The notes: generated by a model from the sequence alone, not told the origin. 64,000 nt of DNA from a virus (IMGVR_UViG_2595698888_000001:64001-128000), one strand, 5' to 3'; positions 36,786 to 46,381 are shown, counted from the stretch's first letter. Translations and numbers: made by a program.

Positions 36786-36810
36786 AGGAGGCTTTTGCCT
36801 CCTTTTCTTT
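36784..36810 (+). terminator. intrinsic terminator
   Basis: AAAGGAGGC-TTTT-GCCTCCTTT followed by TCTTT. Confidence 0.8.
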
Positions 36811-36822
36811 TATGGAGAAAAT

Positions 36823-37257
36823 ATGTACAAATTATATAGATTTGAAATGGATTATGGAAGAAATGGTTCATTAGACGGACTATTCATCAGTACTGATGAA
36901 GAATTAAATTTGATTAATAATGCTACCATTTATTTTGGTGAAGCGTTTGGTAAACACTCTGAAGTATGGATTGATGATTTTGAGTGGGAAAAATGCTGTA
37001 CTGTTATTAGCGATGAACAAGAAAAGATTGAATGGCTAATTGATCTTATGGGATACACACTTACTGGCTACAATCCACTAGATTACTTTGAGTACACCGA
37101 AAGTAGTGAATATCAAGAAGGGTATGATGCAGACCTAGAGGATATGGATTGCGAATACGAAATGCCAGGTGAAATTGCTCGTTGGTTCAAGGGAAAAGAA
37201 GATCGTCGAGTTTATGAGTTTGAGTGCAAGGATACTGACGATGACCAAGATGATTAA
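36823..37257 (+). CDS. acidic hypothetical protein (start revised to ATG 36823)
   Basis: GGAG RBS before ATG 36823, downstream of the terminator. Confidence 0.75.
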   Translation: MYKLYRFEMDYGRNGSLDGLFISTDEELNLINNATIYFGEAFGKHSEVWIDDFEWEKCCTVISDEQEKIEWLIDLMGYTLTGYNPLDYFEYTESSEYQEGYDADLEDMDCEYEMPGEIARWFKGKEDRRVYEFECKDTDDDQDD

Positions 37258-37528
37258 AATCAGTAAGGTGATAGTTGTAGACGAAGAAGTTGAATTGAAT
37301 AAATTCCTAGAAAGTAAAGCTGCACATTTTGAATTTATTGATGAGAATTTAGATACTTCCTACATGAAATCTTATGGTTATCCAGATGAAAGCTTTATTC
37401 TAGTATTACAAGAATATGATTGTGGTGACATTTGTTATAGTGAAATTGGTTATGTAATTTGTCCAGACGAACCAAAAAACATGCGTAAACATGTTTTGGA
37501 TAATATGGATTCATTTGTGGAGTTGTAA
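37241..37528 (+). CDS. hypothetical protein
   Basis: In-frame ATGs at 37241 and 37250, overlapping the upstream stop. Confidence 0.65.
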   Translation: MTKMIKISKVIVVDEEVELNKFLESKAAHFEFIDENLDTSYMKSYGYPDESFILVLQEYDCGDICYSEIGYVICPDEPKNMRKHVLDNMDSFVEL

Positions 37529-37533
37529 AATAA

Positions 37534-37833
37534 ATGGCATTGAGAGCATATATCAGTACTCCACATGATTTACTTCGTGACGAAAATAATAATCCAACCG
37601 AATTATTAAAAAAGTACTGGAGTATTCGTAAAATGGATTATGGTAAAGAGCGTAGGGCTTTAATCCTAGAAGTGCTTAATGCTGGTTTTAGTTTTGCTGT
37701 AAACAGAAAATACTGCTTACAAACAAAAACTGATCCAGATTTAAAGCGTCTTATCAAAAAAGGTAAGATTAAAATTGTTAACTGTCCAGATTCATACGGT
37801 TCAGTTAAGACTACGCATATTCAGCTAAAGTAA
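37534..37833 (+). CDS. hypothetical basic protein
   Basis: 99-aa ORF. Confidence 0.7.
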   Translation: MALRAYISTPHDLLRDENNNPTELLKKYWSIRKMDYGKERRALILEVLNAGFSFAVNRKYCLQTKTDPDLKRLIKKGKIKIVNCPDSYGSVKTTHIQLK

Positions 37834-37846
37834 AAAGGATTTTTTA

Positions 37847-38416
37847 ATGGCTAAATTGTACTATAAATTTAGTTCCATGAATGCAGGTAAAAGTACTAAC
37901 CTACTTCAGATTGCATTTAACTACAAGGAACGTGGTTATAACACATTAATTTTCACATCTGCTCTAGATGACCGTTACGGTACTGGTAAGGTAACTTCCA
38001 GGATTGGTATTGATGCAGATGCTATTATTATACCAAAAGACGATCTGACAGTACTAAATGATGCCAAAGACGCATTAATTTCAAATCAGATTGCAGCAAT
38101 TTTTGTAGATGAATGTCAATTTTTATCTAAAGAGCAAGTTGATATCTTAGGTGAGATTGTCGATGAATTTGAAATACCAGTTTTCTGCTATGGTATAAGA
38201 ACTGATTTTGAATCTAAGCTTTTTAGTGGTTCACAAAGACTATTTGAAATTGCAGACAGTATTGAAGAATTGCGTAATATTTGTCAGTGCGGAAAGAAAG
38301 CAATTTTTAATGCCAGATTAGTTGACAGTACTGAACAAGTGTTGATTGGTGGTAATGATGTTTATCAGAGTATGTGCAGACGTTGTTATCGTAAGTTTAT
38401 TCAACAAAAACCTTGA
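37847..38416 (+). CDS. tk: thymidine kinase
   Basis: SSMNAGKST, SRIG, VDECQF, YGIRTDF, C-terminal CQCG...CRRC. Confidence 0.96.
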   Translation: MAKLYYKFSSMNAGKSTNLLQIAFNYKERGYNTLIFTSALDDRYGTGKVTSRIGIDADAIIIPKDDLTVLNDAKDALISNQIAAIFVDECQFLSKEQVDILGEIVDEFEIPVFCYGIRTDFESKLFSGSQRLFEIADSIEELRNICQCGKKAIFNARLVDSTEQVLIGGNDVYQSMCRRCYRKFIQQKP

Positions 38417-38449
38417 CATAGTAGCAATGAGCCGGTATAATCGGCTCAT
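38413..38449 (+). promoter_or_regulatory. consensus sigma70 promoter with its -10 in the loop of an inverted repeat
   Basis: TTGACA-17-TATAAT. ATGAGCCG-GTATAAT-CGGCTCAT. Confidence 0.88.
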
Positions 38450-38472
38450 ATGTTTTTAATGAAGGAAAGATT

Positions 38473-38979
38473 ATGGTTGCCGATATTATAATGTTGGTTA
38501 TGTCTTCTATATGGTTTATTGCTAGTATTATTAATTCTGGATATGTGGGTATTAACTTCCAGCGTAGAATTAAGTTCCTACTTAAACAAACAGATAAAGA
38601 AAGTTCTGCGTTAATAATTCGTATTATTGAAAGATATAAGAACGGTGAATTTACTGTACAGAAAAGTAAGTACAACGATAACTTACTATTCACAAAAGTA
38701 ATTGAGAATGGTGGAATGAGTTATGATACTCAACGAATGTATGTTCAGGTTGATGAACCATTGCATAAGTCGTTTGGGTGGGTAGCTGATGAGCCAGTGC
38801 ATGTTGCACATTATAAAGATAACTTTCGTGATGTATGTAAAAACCGTGGGGCAATTTCATTTGAAGCATGGTCAATGCTTATGGAATTGCGTTCTAAATT
38901 AAATGAAGATGCTGAAAAGCCTGTTCGACATGGATTCTTCAAACGTAAACATAAAAACGAGGAAGTACATTTATCATGA
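38473..38979 (+). CDS. hypothetical membrane-anchored protein
   Basis: N-terminal hydrophobic helix, AAGGA RBS. Confidence 0.75.
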   Translation: MVADIIMLVMSSIWFIASIINSGYVGINFQRRIKFLLKQTDKESSALIIRIIERYKNGEFTVQKSKYNDNLLFTKVIENGGMSYDTQRMYVQVDEPLHKSFGWVADEPVHVAHYKDNFRDVCKNRGAISFEAWSMLMELRSKLNEDAEKPVRHGFFKRKHKNEEVHLS

Positions 38980-39557
38980 TTATTGAGATTATTGCAGTAC
39001 TTGCATCACAGCTTGGAATTACTGGATTATCTCTGTTAGGTTATCATCGTTGGGTAAGTCCTAAAAAAGAAAAACGCCCCGCTAAAGAGCTTTCATACCA
39101 ACCTGGTGAATTGACAGCATCACAAAATCTCGGTTTAGTGGTTCAAGATTTAGATGAAACTGTAGAAGTAATAACGGCTGACGAACATCTTAAACGGCTA
39201 ATTAAAATGTATCCAGATGCTGCAAAAGATTATCATAAGCATCATGCAGAAAAACGTCTTCTTAATCGGGCAGACCGTTATATTTTACGAATGCTTCTTG
39301 CGGTGGAAGCAGGTGAAATGACCGTTAAGAAAACTTCGCATCATATAGAATTTAGTAATGGCGATACCATTTGGACAAGTAATGCATATTACAGCTATGG
39401 CAATCTTGATCATTCACCGGATAATCCGCACTGTCGATTTTCTTGCAGTGATGGGCGTTTAAGTCTTTATACATTTATGCGTATTGTTCATTTAGAAGAA
39501 ACTGAATTTGAACCATTACTACGATTAAAAAACAAAACTATTAGGGTAACAGCATGA
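38976..39557 (+). CDS. hypothetical membrane-anchored protein
   Basis: N-terminal hydrophobic helix, ATGA overlap. Confidence 0.75.
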   Translation: MIIEIIAVLASQLGITGLSLLGYHRWVSPKKEKRPAKELSYQPGELTASQNLGLVVQDLDETVEVITADEHLKRLIKMYPDAAKDYHKHHAEKRLLNRADRYILRMLLAVEAGEMTVKKTSHHIEFSNGDTIWTSNAYYSYGNLDHSPDNPHCRFSCSDGRLSLYTFMRIVHLEETEFEPLLRLKNKTIRVTA

Positions 39558-39913
39558 CACGAGAACATTCATTTTATAAAGAAATAGCACGTTGTAAAAC
39601 TTCTTATGTAACCATTCATATGGCTGGTGATTATGATACTGCGGTAACGTGTGCACGTAATTTCACCTTTGAAGAAGGTGCTTGTTATCAACTTAGTAAA
39701 TGTGATTATGTTTACACTGGTGGTAAAGAATCAGGCATTATGGCTCGTGTTATTTGCTATCCACGTTTTCCTAAAACTGACGAGCAGTTGATGGATGAAG
39801 CAACACGTTTTGCTTATATGTTAGCCGAAAGTTTATGTCAAAAAAGCTTTTCTATTGAAAGCTCTAATGAAACAATCTATTTTCAAAGCAATAAACCACT
39901 ACATGGGAAATAA
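39554..39913 (+). CDS. conserved phage hypothetical protein
   Basis: YVYTGGKESG..CYPRFP motif. Confidence 0.75.
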   Translation: MTREHSFYKEIARCKTSYVTIHMAGDYDTAVTCARNFTFEEGACYQLSKCDYVYTGGKESGIMARVICYPRFPKTDEQLMDEATRFAYMLAESLCQKSFSIESSNETIYFQSNKPLHGK

Positions 39914-39915
39914 AA

Positions 39916-40491
39916 ATGAACTCGTTCATTGAACATGCATATAAAGAAGTAATCAATCAATATATGCTATCCTTTCAGCACCGTGCAACAGATGAGTATG
40001 AACGAAGCTGGTTTCCATCTGAATTTCCTCATTTAGTGCGAGATAGTAATATATTTCCAGTACTATATGACATGAATGTTAATTCATACAATGCACCTTG
40101 GTATACTGGTATTTGTTTACCTGTTGCACTATTTGTCAAACATTATATGAAAGATGTACATAATACTGATGTAGAAATGGTTGGATTATGGGAAGACCGA
40201 AATAGCCCATATACTCAATCAGTAGATATTCCTCCAATTTTCTGCCATTGTGTTATTAAGTATAACAATAAGTTTCATGATGCTTTTTGGCCTGAAGGAA
40301 CTCAAGATGAAAGTAAAATCTTGTTCGCTGGGGATTGCTTCTATGCAGGTGTTGATAGCGTTATCGATATGTACCTGAATCATCAGGGGTCTGCGTTTTT
40401 AAATGAAAATTTATTTGACAAAGTAAAAACTGCGTTGTACAATAGCCGGAATTTAGCAGAAAACAACTTTTTAAATTTAGAACAAGTATAA
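39916..40491 (+). CDS. hypothetical protein, possible papain/transglutaminase-like Cys-His-Asp fold
   Basis: GICLPVALF...HCVIKY...HDAFWPEG. Confidence 0.55.
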   Translation: MNSFIEHAYKEVINQYMLSFQHRATDEYERSWFPSEFPHLVRDSNIFPVLYDMNVNSYNAPWYTGICLPVALFVKHYMKDVHNTDVEMVGLWEDRNSPYTQSVDIPPIFCHCVIKYNNKFHDAFWPEGTQDESKILFAGDCFYAGVDSVIDMYLNHQGSAFLNENLFDKVKTALYNSRNLAENNFLNLEQV

Positions 40492-40502
40492 GAGAGATTA
40501 AA

Positions 40503-41768
40503 ATGTCTGAGTTTGTAACTGAAGGTCGCCGCCTGGTAACGATCCGTAAAATTAACGAAATTAACCCGATTCCAAATGCAGATGCTATTGAAGTCGCAAC
40601 CATAGATGGTTGGAATGTTGTCACCAAAAAAGGTGAATTCAGCGTTGGTGATTACTGTGTATTTTTTGAAATCGATTCATTTCTTCCAGCGAATGATCCA
40701 CGATTTTCATTCCTTGCAAAAAATGGAACTAAAACTGATGAAGCTGGTGCAGAACGTATTCGTCTTCGTTCAGTTAAACTTCGTGGTCAGCTTTCCCAGG
40801 GTTTAGCTCTACCAGTAAGTGCATTTTCTGATTTCTTTTTCCGTATCAATGATCGTGTGATGTATTGTCTGGCTCCCGATGCAGAAACCATTATGGGTCA
40901 TGCACTACAAGATCTGAAAGAACTCGAAGAATCTCGCGTAGGTATTGAAAAGTTTCTTAATGTAACTAAGTACGAACGCCCTGATGAACGAAATGGTGGT
41001 ACTGGAGCAGGTAAAGCAAAAACTGCTGGCAATTTCCCAATTATGATTCCTAAAACGGATGAAGACCGTGTACAGAATGTATTTGGTAAATTCAAACAAA
41101 CTATGCAGGGTGTTCCGTTCCGTAAATCACTTAAACTTGATGGTTCAAGTCAGACGATTGCGTATTTCAATAATCCTGATTTCTTTGTTGATAAAGTGGA
41201 TGATGAAGTTGTTGCATGGGATGAAGAATCTCAAGAGTTAAAAGTACTGGAAGTGAAACCATATCCTTTCCAGTGGGAAAGTTCTCAGGTAGTAGTTTGT
41301 TCACGTAACCTTGCATTGAAATTTGATGAAAGTACTGCATTCTGGAAAGCAGCATTGAAAGATGATATTCCAGCACGTCTTAAAAAGTACTGTGAAGACC
41401 ATGACCGCCAGCTTGCACTTCAGGGTGAATGTATGGGGCCAGGTATCCAAGGTAACCGCGAACAATTGGAAGAACATGAATTCTATTGCTTCCGTATTTG
41501 GGATATTGACAATCAGAACTTCCTTGATGATGCAGATTTCATTGAAGTAACTCGTATCCTTGGAATTAATATTGTACCACAAGGTGAGATTGTTTACTTC
41601 TTTGATGAATATGAAACTATCAAAGATGCCCTTGCAAGTGCAGACCATGCAAGTATTGTTCATCCTATTGCAGAAGGTGATGTTTATAAAAGTACTGTTA
41701 AAGTTAATGGTCAAACTATTCACTTTAAAGTTATTAATGATAAATTCCTTCTGAAGTGTGAAGATTAA
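40503..41768 (+). CDS. ATP-dependent RNA ligase (DRB0094/Rnl-type)
   Basis: N-terminal OB-like domain, KLDGSS (motif I), LQGECMGPGIQGN, EGDVYK, FKVIN. Confidence 0.9.
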   Translation: MSEFVTEGRRLVTIRKINEINPIPNADAIEVATIDGWNVVTKKGEFSVGDYCVFFEIDSFLPANDPRFSFLAKNGTKTDEAGAERIRLRSVKLRGQLSQGLALPVSAFSDFFFRINDRVMYCLAPDAETIMGHALQDLKELEESRVGIEKFLNVTKYERPDERNGGTGAGKAKTAGNFPIMIPKTDEDRVQNVFGKFKQTMQGVPFRKSLKLDGSSQTIAYFNNPDFFVDKVDDEVVAWDEESQELKVLEVKPYPFQWESSQVVVCSRNLALKFDESTAFWKAALKDDIPARLKKYCEDHDRQLALQGECMGPGIQGNREQLEEHEFYCFRIWDIDNQNFLDDADFIEVTRILGINIVPQGEIVYFFDEYETIKDALASADHASIVHPIAEGDVYKSTVKVNGQTIHFKVINDKFLLKCED

Positions 41769-41775
41769 GTTTTAT

Positions 41776-41802
41776 TAGCAGCTTAATTAAGCTGCTATTT
41801 TT
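41776..41802 (+). terminator. 22-bp perfect palindrome acting as terminator
   Basis: TAGCAGCTTAATTAAGCTGCTA followed by a T run. Confidence 0.75.
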
Positions 41803-41813
41803 AAGTAAGAAAA

Positions 41814-41843
41814 ATGAAACGCCTCTGAAAAATGTGGTATAAT
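41814..41843 (+). promoter_or_regulatory. extended -10 promoter of the TROVE/vWA gene
   Basis: ATGAAAC-N13-GTGGTATAAT. Confidence 0.75.
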
Positions 41844-41936
41844 CATAGCATTAAAGGACGTGCTGGGGAGCACACCTTAAATGATATAAGAAGTGAGTCA
41901 ACAAAAAATTAATCCATTTCTGAAAAGGAAACAAAA

Positions 41937-43451
41937 ATGTCAGCATTTAAAAACGCAGTAAACAATGTAAACACAACCGCAGCAAATAACCGTTCTACAA
42001 CCGCTAATGGTGGTGCGTCTCTAAAGAGTACCCTAAATCCATTGGTTGATCTGTTCTTCATGATCGGTTCTCTACGTAACAAAGATCTTGGTGCGTACAA
42101 AGCACAATTTGATGCAGCATATGCAGCTAACCCAACGTTAGCATTGCAGATGATTCTTTGGGCACGTGATGTTCGTGGTGGTGCTGGCGAACGTAATACC
42201 CCACGTGAACTTTTGAAGTATTTGGAAGTGAAACATCCTGAAGATGTATTGCGTGTAATTCCAGTACTTGCAGAATTCGGTCGTTGGGATGATCTGTTGA
42301 TCTTCAAAACCGCTGCTGCGAAGTCCGTTGCGTATTCTGCAATTGCAGAAGCACTACAAAGTGGTAATGGTCTTTGTGCAAAATGGATGCCACGCATCTA
42401 TAAATTCAAAAAGAATGCACAAGGTGTTGTTGATATGAATAGTACGGCGAACAAAAACCGTGCACATAACAACAAAATTGCACGTGAAATCATGGCTACC
42501 ATGAATATCAACGAACGTACTTATCGTAAGCTACTTGCATCTTTGAGCAACACCGTTGAACAAAAGATGTGTGCGAACGAATGGGATGAAATTGATTACG
42601 GCAAGCTACCATCAGTTGCAAGTTCTCGTTATCTACCAGCATTCATGAAACGTGATGAAAATCGCTATCGTGAATACCTAGCTTCTCTTGAAAAAGGTGA
42701 AGGTAAAGTTAACGCTGGTGCATTGTTCCCATACGATGTAACTCGTAAGTTAAACACTAATTCTCAGGCAACTACTCTTGCAGTAGCACAATGGGAACAG
42801 TTGAAAAACTTTATGGGTGAAAACACCGCAGTACCAATGGTTGATACTTCCGGCTCCATGACTTGTCGTGCAGGTGAAAGTGGTATGTCTTGTATGGACA
42901 TTGCAATCTCTCTTGGTCTGTATATTGCAGACAAACAAGAAGGTGCGTTCAAAGACTTGTTCTTGAACTTTAGTTCCCGTCCACGTTTGTTTGAACTTAA
43001 AGGTAACAATATTGCAGAGAAACATCGCGATATTCTACGTTATCAGGCAGGTCAATATTGGGGTGGTAGCACCAACGTTGAAGCAGCTTTCCAGGAAGTT
43101 CTTCGTGTTGCAGTAGCTCAGCAAGTTCCTGCTGATCAAATGCCAAAGAACTTAATTGTTCTTAGCGATATGGAATTTAACGCATCAACTTCTGGTGGTT
43201 GGAACGCAACTGCTTACAATAAAGCGAAAGCTGATTTTGCACGTGCAGGTTATGAACTACCAACAGTTGTATTCTGGAATCTAAATGCACGTGCTGGTAA
43301 CAATCCAGTTCGTTTCGACCAGAACAATGTAGCACTTGTAAGTGGTTTCAGCCCTTCAGTACTAGAAGCAATTCTAAGTGGTGAAGATGTTGATCCAGTA
43401 AAAGTAATGCTACGTGCAATCGATACTCCACGGTATCGTGTACTAGGTTAA
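41937..43451 (+). CDS. TROVE/Ro60-like helical plus vWA protein (DUF2828-type)
   Basis: ARDVRGGAGER, GRWDDL, CAKWMPR, MIDAS VDTSGSM, VLSDMEF, FWNL, SGFSP. Confidence 0.85.
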   Translation: MSAFKNAVNNVNTTAANNRSTTANGGASLKSTLNPLVDLFFMIGSLRNKDLGAYKAQFDAAYAANPTLALQMILWARDVRGGAGERNTPRELLKYLEVKHPEDVLRVIPVLAEFGRWDDLLIFKTAAAKSVAYSAIAEALQSGNGLCAKWMPRIYKFKKNAQGVVDMNSTANKNRAHNNKIAREIMATMNINERTYRKLLASLSNTVEQKMCANEWDEIDYGKLPSVASSRYLPAFMKRDENRYREYLASLEKGEGKVNAGALFPYDVTRKLNTNSQATTLAVAQWEQLKNFMGENTAVPMVDTSGSMTCRAGESGMSCMDIAISLGLYIADKQEGAFKDLFLNFSSRPRLFELKGNNIAEKHRDILRYQAGQYWGGSTNVEAAFQEVLRVAVAQQVPADQMPKNLIVLSDMEFNASTSGGWNATAYNKAKADFARAGYELPTVVFWNLNARAGNNPVRFDQNNVALVSGFSPSVLEAILSGEDVDPVKVMLRAIDTPRYRVLG

Positions 43452-43457
43452 TAACCT

Positions 43458-43484
43458 AAAGCCTCACTTCGGTGGGGCTTTTTC
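43458..43484 (+). terminator. intrinsic terminator
   Basis: AAAGCCTCAC-TTCG-GTGGGGCTTT followed by TT. Confidence 0.9.
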
Positions 43485-43501
43485 ATTTAAAAGGAAGTTA
43501 T

Positions 43502-43642
43502 ATGAAAACTTTAAGAAATCACTTATTTGGTTTTGTTATGATGTATAAAACATCATTTGCAATTAATCCAGTTATCACAACCGTTGGTACAATTGTAGCA
43601 GCAGTATTTGTAGCATCATTAGCAAAAATCTTTGGTCTGTAA
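43502..43642 (+). CDS. small membrane protein (46 aa, not in the ORF track)
   Basis: AAGGAAG RBS. Read by hand as MKTLRNHLFGFVMMYKTSFAINPVITTVGTIVAAVFVASLAKIFGL*. Confidence 0.6.
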   Translation: MKTLRNHLFGFVMMYKTSFAINPVITTVGTIVAAVFVASLAKIFGL

Positions 43643-43695
43643 TTATTATTGCAGTACTGATGTGCTAATATAAATTAAAATAATAGAGGTGCATC

Positions 43696-44118
43696 GTGAC
43701 CCAATATATTGAACTGGTCGGGTATATCGAATATGACCCTGACCGGAAAGATATGAAGCGACGTACTGAGTATTGGTGTGTATTGCAGTTACCAAATGAT
43801 TTGGTTCGTTATTATCAGTACTTTGTACGCAAAGAGAAACATATTGAACTTGAAATGCCAGCATGGGGTGCACACTCCAGTATTATTCGTGGCGAAAAAC
43901 CAGATGATGAACATATTCACTTATGGAAAAAGTATCATCGTAAAAAAGTAAAGATTCGCTTTAAACCTGATATTATTGAGGTTAAAGACCGTAAGAAGGA
44001 CGGTAGTTTTTATATTATCAACTTTGAATCACCAGAATTATGTGAACTACGGCGTGAATTGGGTTTACCAGTTTATCCTGAATTTCACATAACAATTGGC
44101 AGAACTTATTATGACTGA
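43696..44118 (+). CDS. 2H-phosphoesterase superfamily protein
   Basis: Two HxS/T motifs, AHSSII and FHITIG, about 70 aa apart. Confidence 0.65.
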   Translation: MTQYIELVGYIEYDPDRKDMKRRTEYWCVLQLPNDLVRYYQYFVRKEKHIELEMPAWGAHSSIIRGEKPDDEHIHLWKKYHRKKVKIRFKPDIIEVKDRKKDGSFYIINFESPELCELRRELGLPVYPEFHITIGRTYYD

Positions 44119-44686
44119 AATACGATATAAAATATTGGATAGTGTAAACGGTAGATACGTTGAACTTATATCAATAAGTGCAATTCCAATATACAGTCCT
44201 TTTGGTAAAACATTTTTTACATATGGTGATGCACTTGGTTATCTGGTGAAAACTCAAAGAGATTGTATGGCAGTTCGAAGATATTTAAATTTAAGCCGCT
44301 TCAAAATACAAGAACTTCATCTGATTCCATATAATACATCTGAGGTATATGATGGTATTGAAGATTCTATTATGAATGACCCTGATTCTGATGATAAACA
44401 TGAGTGGTTAAAAGCTATACTATCTCAGGCAGTACTTGATGGTTTTGGCATCATAAAACCAGCGTTATTAAATTTTGTCTTGACATATGATAAATATCAG
44501 CCTATGCTATCAGAATTAGTACCTCCTCATATGATACAGTGTATTGATGAGTTTAAAACGGTAGGAATTCAAGGCTGTGATTTAGACCTTTTGGGGTCTA
44601 TCTCATTGACAGCAAGCGAAAAACAGCTTAATATGTACGACATAGACGGCTTGTTCAAGCGAAGAAAAGAAAACGCTTCGAAGTAG
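44111..44686 (+). CDS. hypothetical protein
   Basis: ATG 44111 in frame with the 44096 ORF, overlapping the upstream stop. Confidence 0.7.
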   Translation: MTEIRYKILDSVNGRYVELISISAIPIYSPFGKTFFTYGDALGYLVKTQRDCMAVRRYLNLSRFKIQELHLIPYNTSEVYDGIEDSIMNDPDSDDKHEWLKAILSQAVLDGFGIIKPALLNFVLTYDKYQPMLSELVPPHMIQCIDEFKTVGIQGCDLDLLGSISLTASEKQLNMYDIDGLFKRRKENASK

Positions 44687-44800
44687 TATTCGTACTATTG
44701 TAGAAAGTCCAAAAAGCGGCTTTGTGCAAATAAGGTCGCAACTTTATACCGTCCTTATTATGCAGAAGTCGTGGAACAAAATGTAAAATAAGGAGGAATT

Positions 44801-45733
44801 TTGTATAAAGCGATACAAGAACTCAAGACTCGTGCTGGATTGAAACATATCTTAGTAGGTTTTCTGTTGCTTGCCGCTGCATTTGGATTAGGTTTTATCT
44901 CACATGATCGTACTACATCATTAGTTTCACAAGAGGCAGTAGTACAACAAGAACCACAAATTACAATTCAAAAGCAACCGCCAGTTATTATTCAGATTGA
45001 ACCTGAAGAAGCAACTGTCAATAGAAAGCAATACAAAGTACTGAGTGGTGATAGCCTATGGACTATCGCTAACCGAATTAAGCCACACAACGTTGAAGTT
45101 GACGAGTATGTAAAAGTACTAAAGGTGGTTAACAGTGATGTTGAGATGCATCCAGGTACGATGTTTGAAATTCCGAGTGCAGACGATTTGAAAGAAGTTA
45201 CTTTACCAGACGTATTAGTTCATTTTGATATTACGGATGAGACAGTAATTAATCATATCAAGAAAGCTGAAGGAACAAGTGAATCCCAAGCTGTATTAAA
45301 ACGGCGTTTACTTGGCGGTAAAGTTGGCCCATCTTTCAAAAATGGGAAGTTCTATCCGTACCGTGACAGTACTGGTCATTTCACAATTGGCTATGGTCAC
45401 TACCTTGGAAAGAGTGAAAAAGACGCTGCGAAATATCGCAATGGAATAAGCAAACGGCAAGCACATGATTTATTGCTCACTGATATGCAACGCACCATGA
45501 ACGATTTCGTTCTGTTGCTACAGCGTAAGCGAGCAGTCGATTTAACCGTTGACCAGCAGCGTATCCTTTATGAAATGGCGTTTACGTTAGGTGTAGATAA
45601 GCTTTCGCGTTTCAATAAAATGTGGAAAAGTGTAGAGAATAATAATCAACATAAATTTAAAACGGAAATTGCAAATTCCTTATGGTATAAACAAATGGGA
45701 AATCGTGCAGTTATGTTGGTTAACAATTTATAA
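44801..45733 (+). CDS. membrane-anchored LysM plus GH24 (T4-type) lysozyme
   Basis: N-terminal hydrophobic helix, LysM YKVLSGDSLWTIA, YRDSTGHFTIGYGH, C-terminal SLWYKQMGNRA. AGGAGG RBS with TTG start. Confidence 0.8.
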   Translation: MYKAIQELKTRAGLKHILVGFLLLAAAFGLGFISHDRTTSLVSQEAVVQQEPQITIQKQPPVIIQIEPEEATVNRKQYKVLSGDSLWTIANRIKPHNVEVDEYVKVLKVVNSDVEMHPGTMFEIPSADDLKEVTLPDVLVHFDITDETVINHIKKAEGTSESQAVLKRRLLGGKVGPSFKNGKFYPYRDSTGHFTIGYGHYLGKSEKDAAKYRNGISKRQAHDLLLTDMQRTMNDFVLLLQRKRAVDLTVDQQRILYEMAFTLGVDKLSRFNKMWKSVENNNQHKFKTEIANSLWYKQMGNRAVMLVNNL

Positions 45734-45750
45734 TATATTGGATATTTTTT

Positions 45751-46364
45751 ATGATATACGGATTTGGAATTTATGATGGAACTTTTGTTGGAAAAAATAA
45801 CGAAAATCTAATATATCAAATATGGGTTGGTATGATAAAACGGTGTTATTCAACAAGGCATCAGATTGCAAATCCGTCTTATATAGGAACTACTGTTAGT
45901 GATGATTGGAAATTATATTCTAATTTTGAAAAGTGGTATAATGAAAATTATATTGACGGATTTTATTTAGATAAAGATATAATCGGTGGTTCTAAAAAAA
46001 ATATTCGCCGGAAACATGTGCGTTTGTACCAAGAGAAATTAATAATTGTATTACAGAAAGTAATTCGTCAGGAAGTGAATTTTCTTTGGGTGTTTGTTAC
46101 CATAAAAAGAAAAAATCGATGATAAATGAATATAAAAAACCTTTCTATTCTCAATTAAATAACAAAAGTTTAGGCTCTTTTGAAACTAACGAAGAAGCAC
46201 ACTTAGCTTGGCAATTAGCTAAACGTGATTCATTGACGTGCCTTATTAAAAAATATAAAGACATTGTGAATCCAGATGTAATAAATGGGTTACAAAAACG
46301 AATTGATATTTTAACCAATGATATTGATAACAATTTAATCACAGCTACACTTAACAAAATTTAG
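45751..46364 (+). pseudogene. HNH/AP2-like homing-endonuclease-family gene split by a frameshift in an A8 run
   Basis: Frame 1 reads ..LDKDIIGGSKK. After the A8 at 45994-46001 the -1 frame reads YSPETCAFVPREINN..GVCYHK..LGSFETNEEAHLAW and joins the 46086-46364 ORF. Confidence 0.75.
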
Positions 46365-46381
46365 TTTTAAGGAGTACTTTT

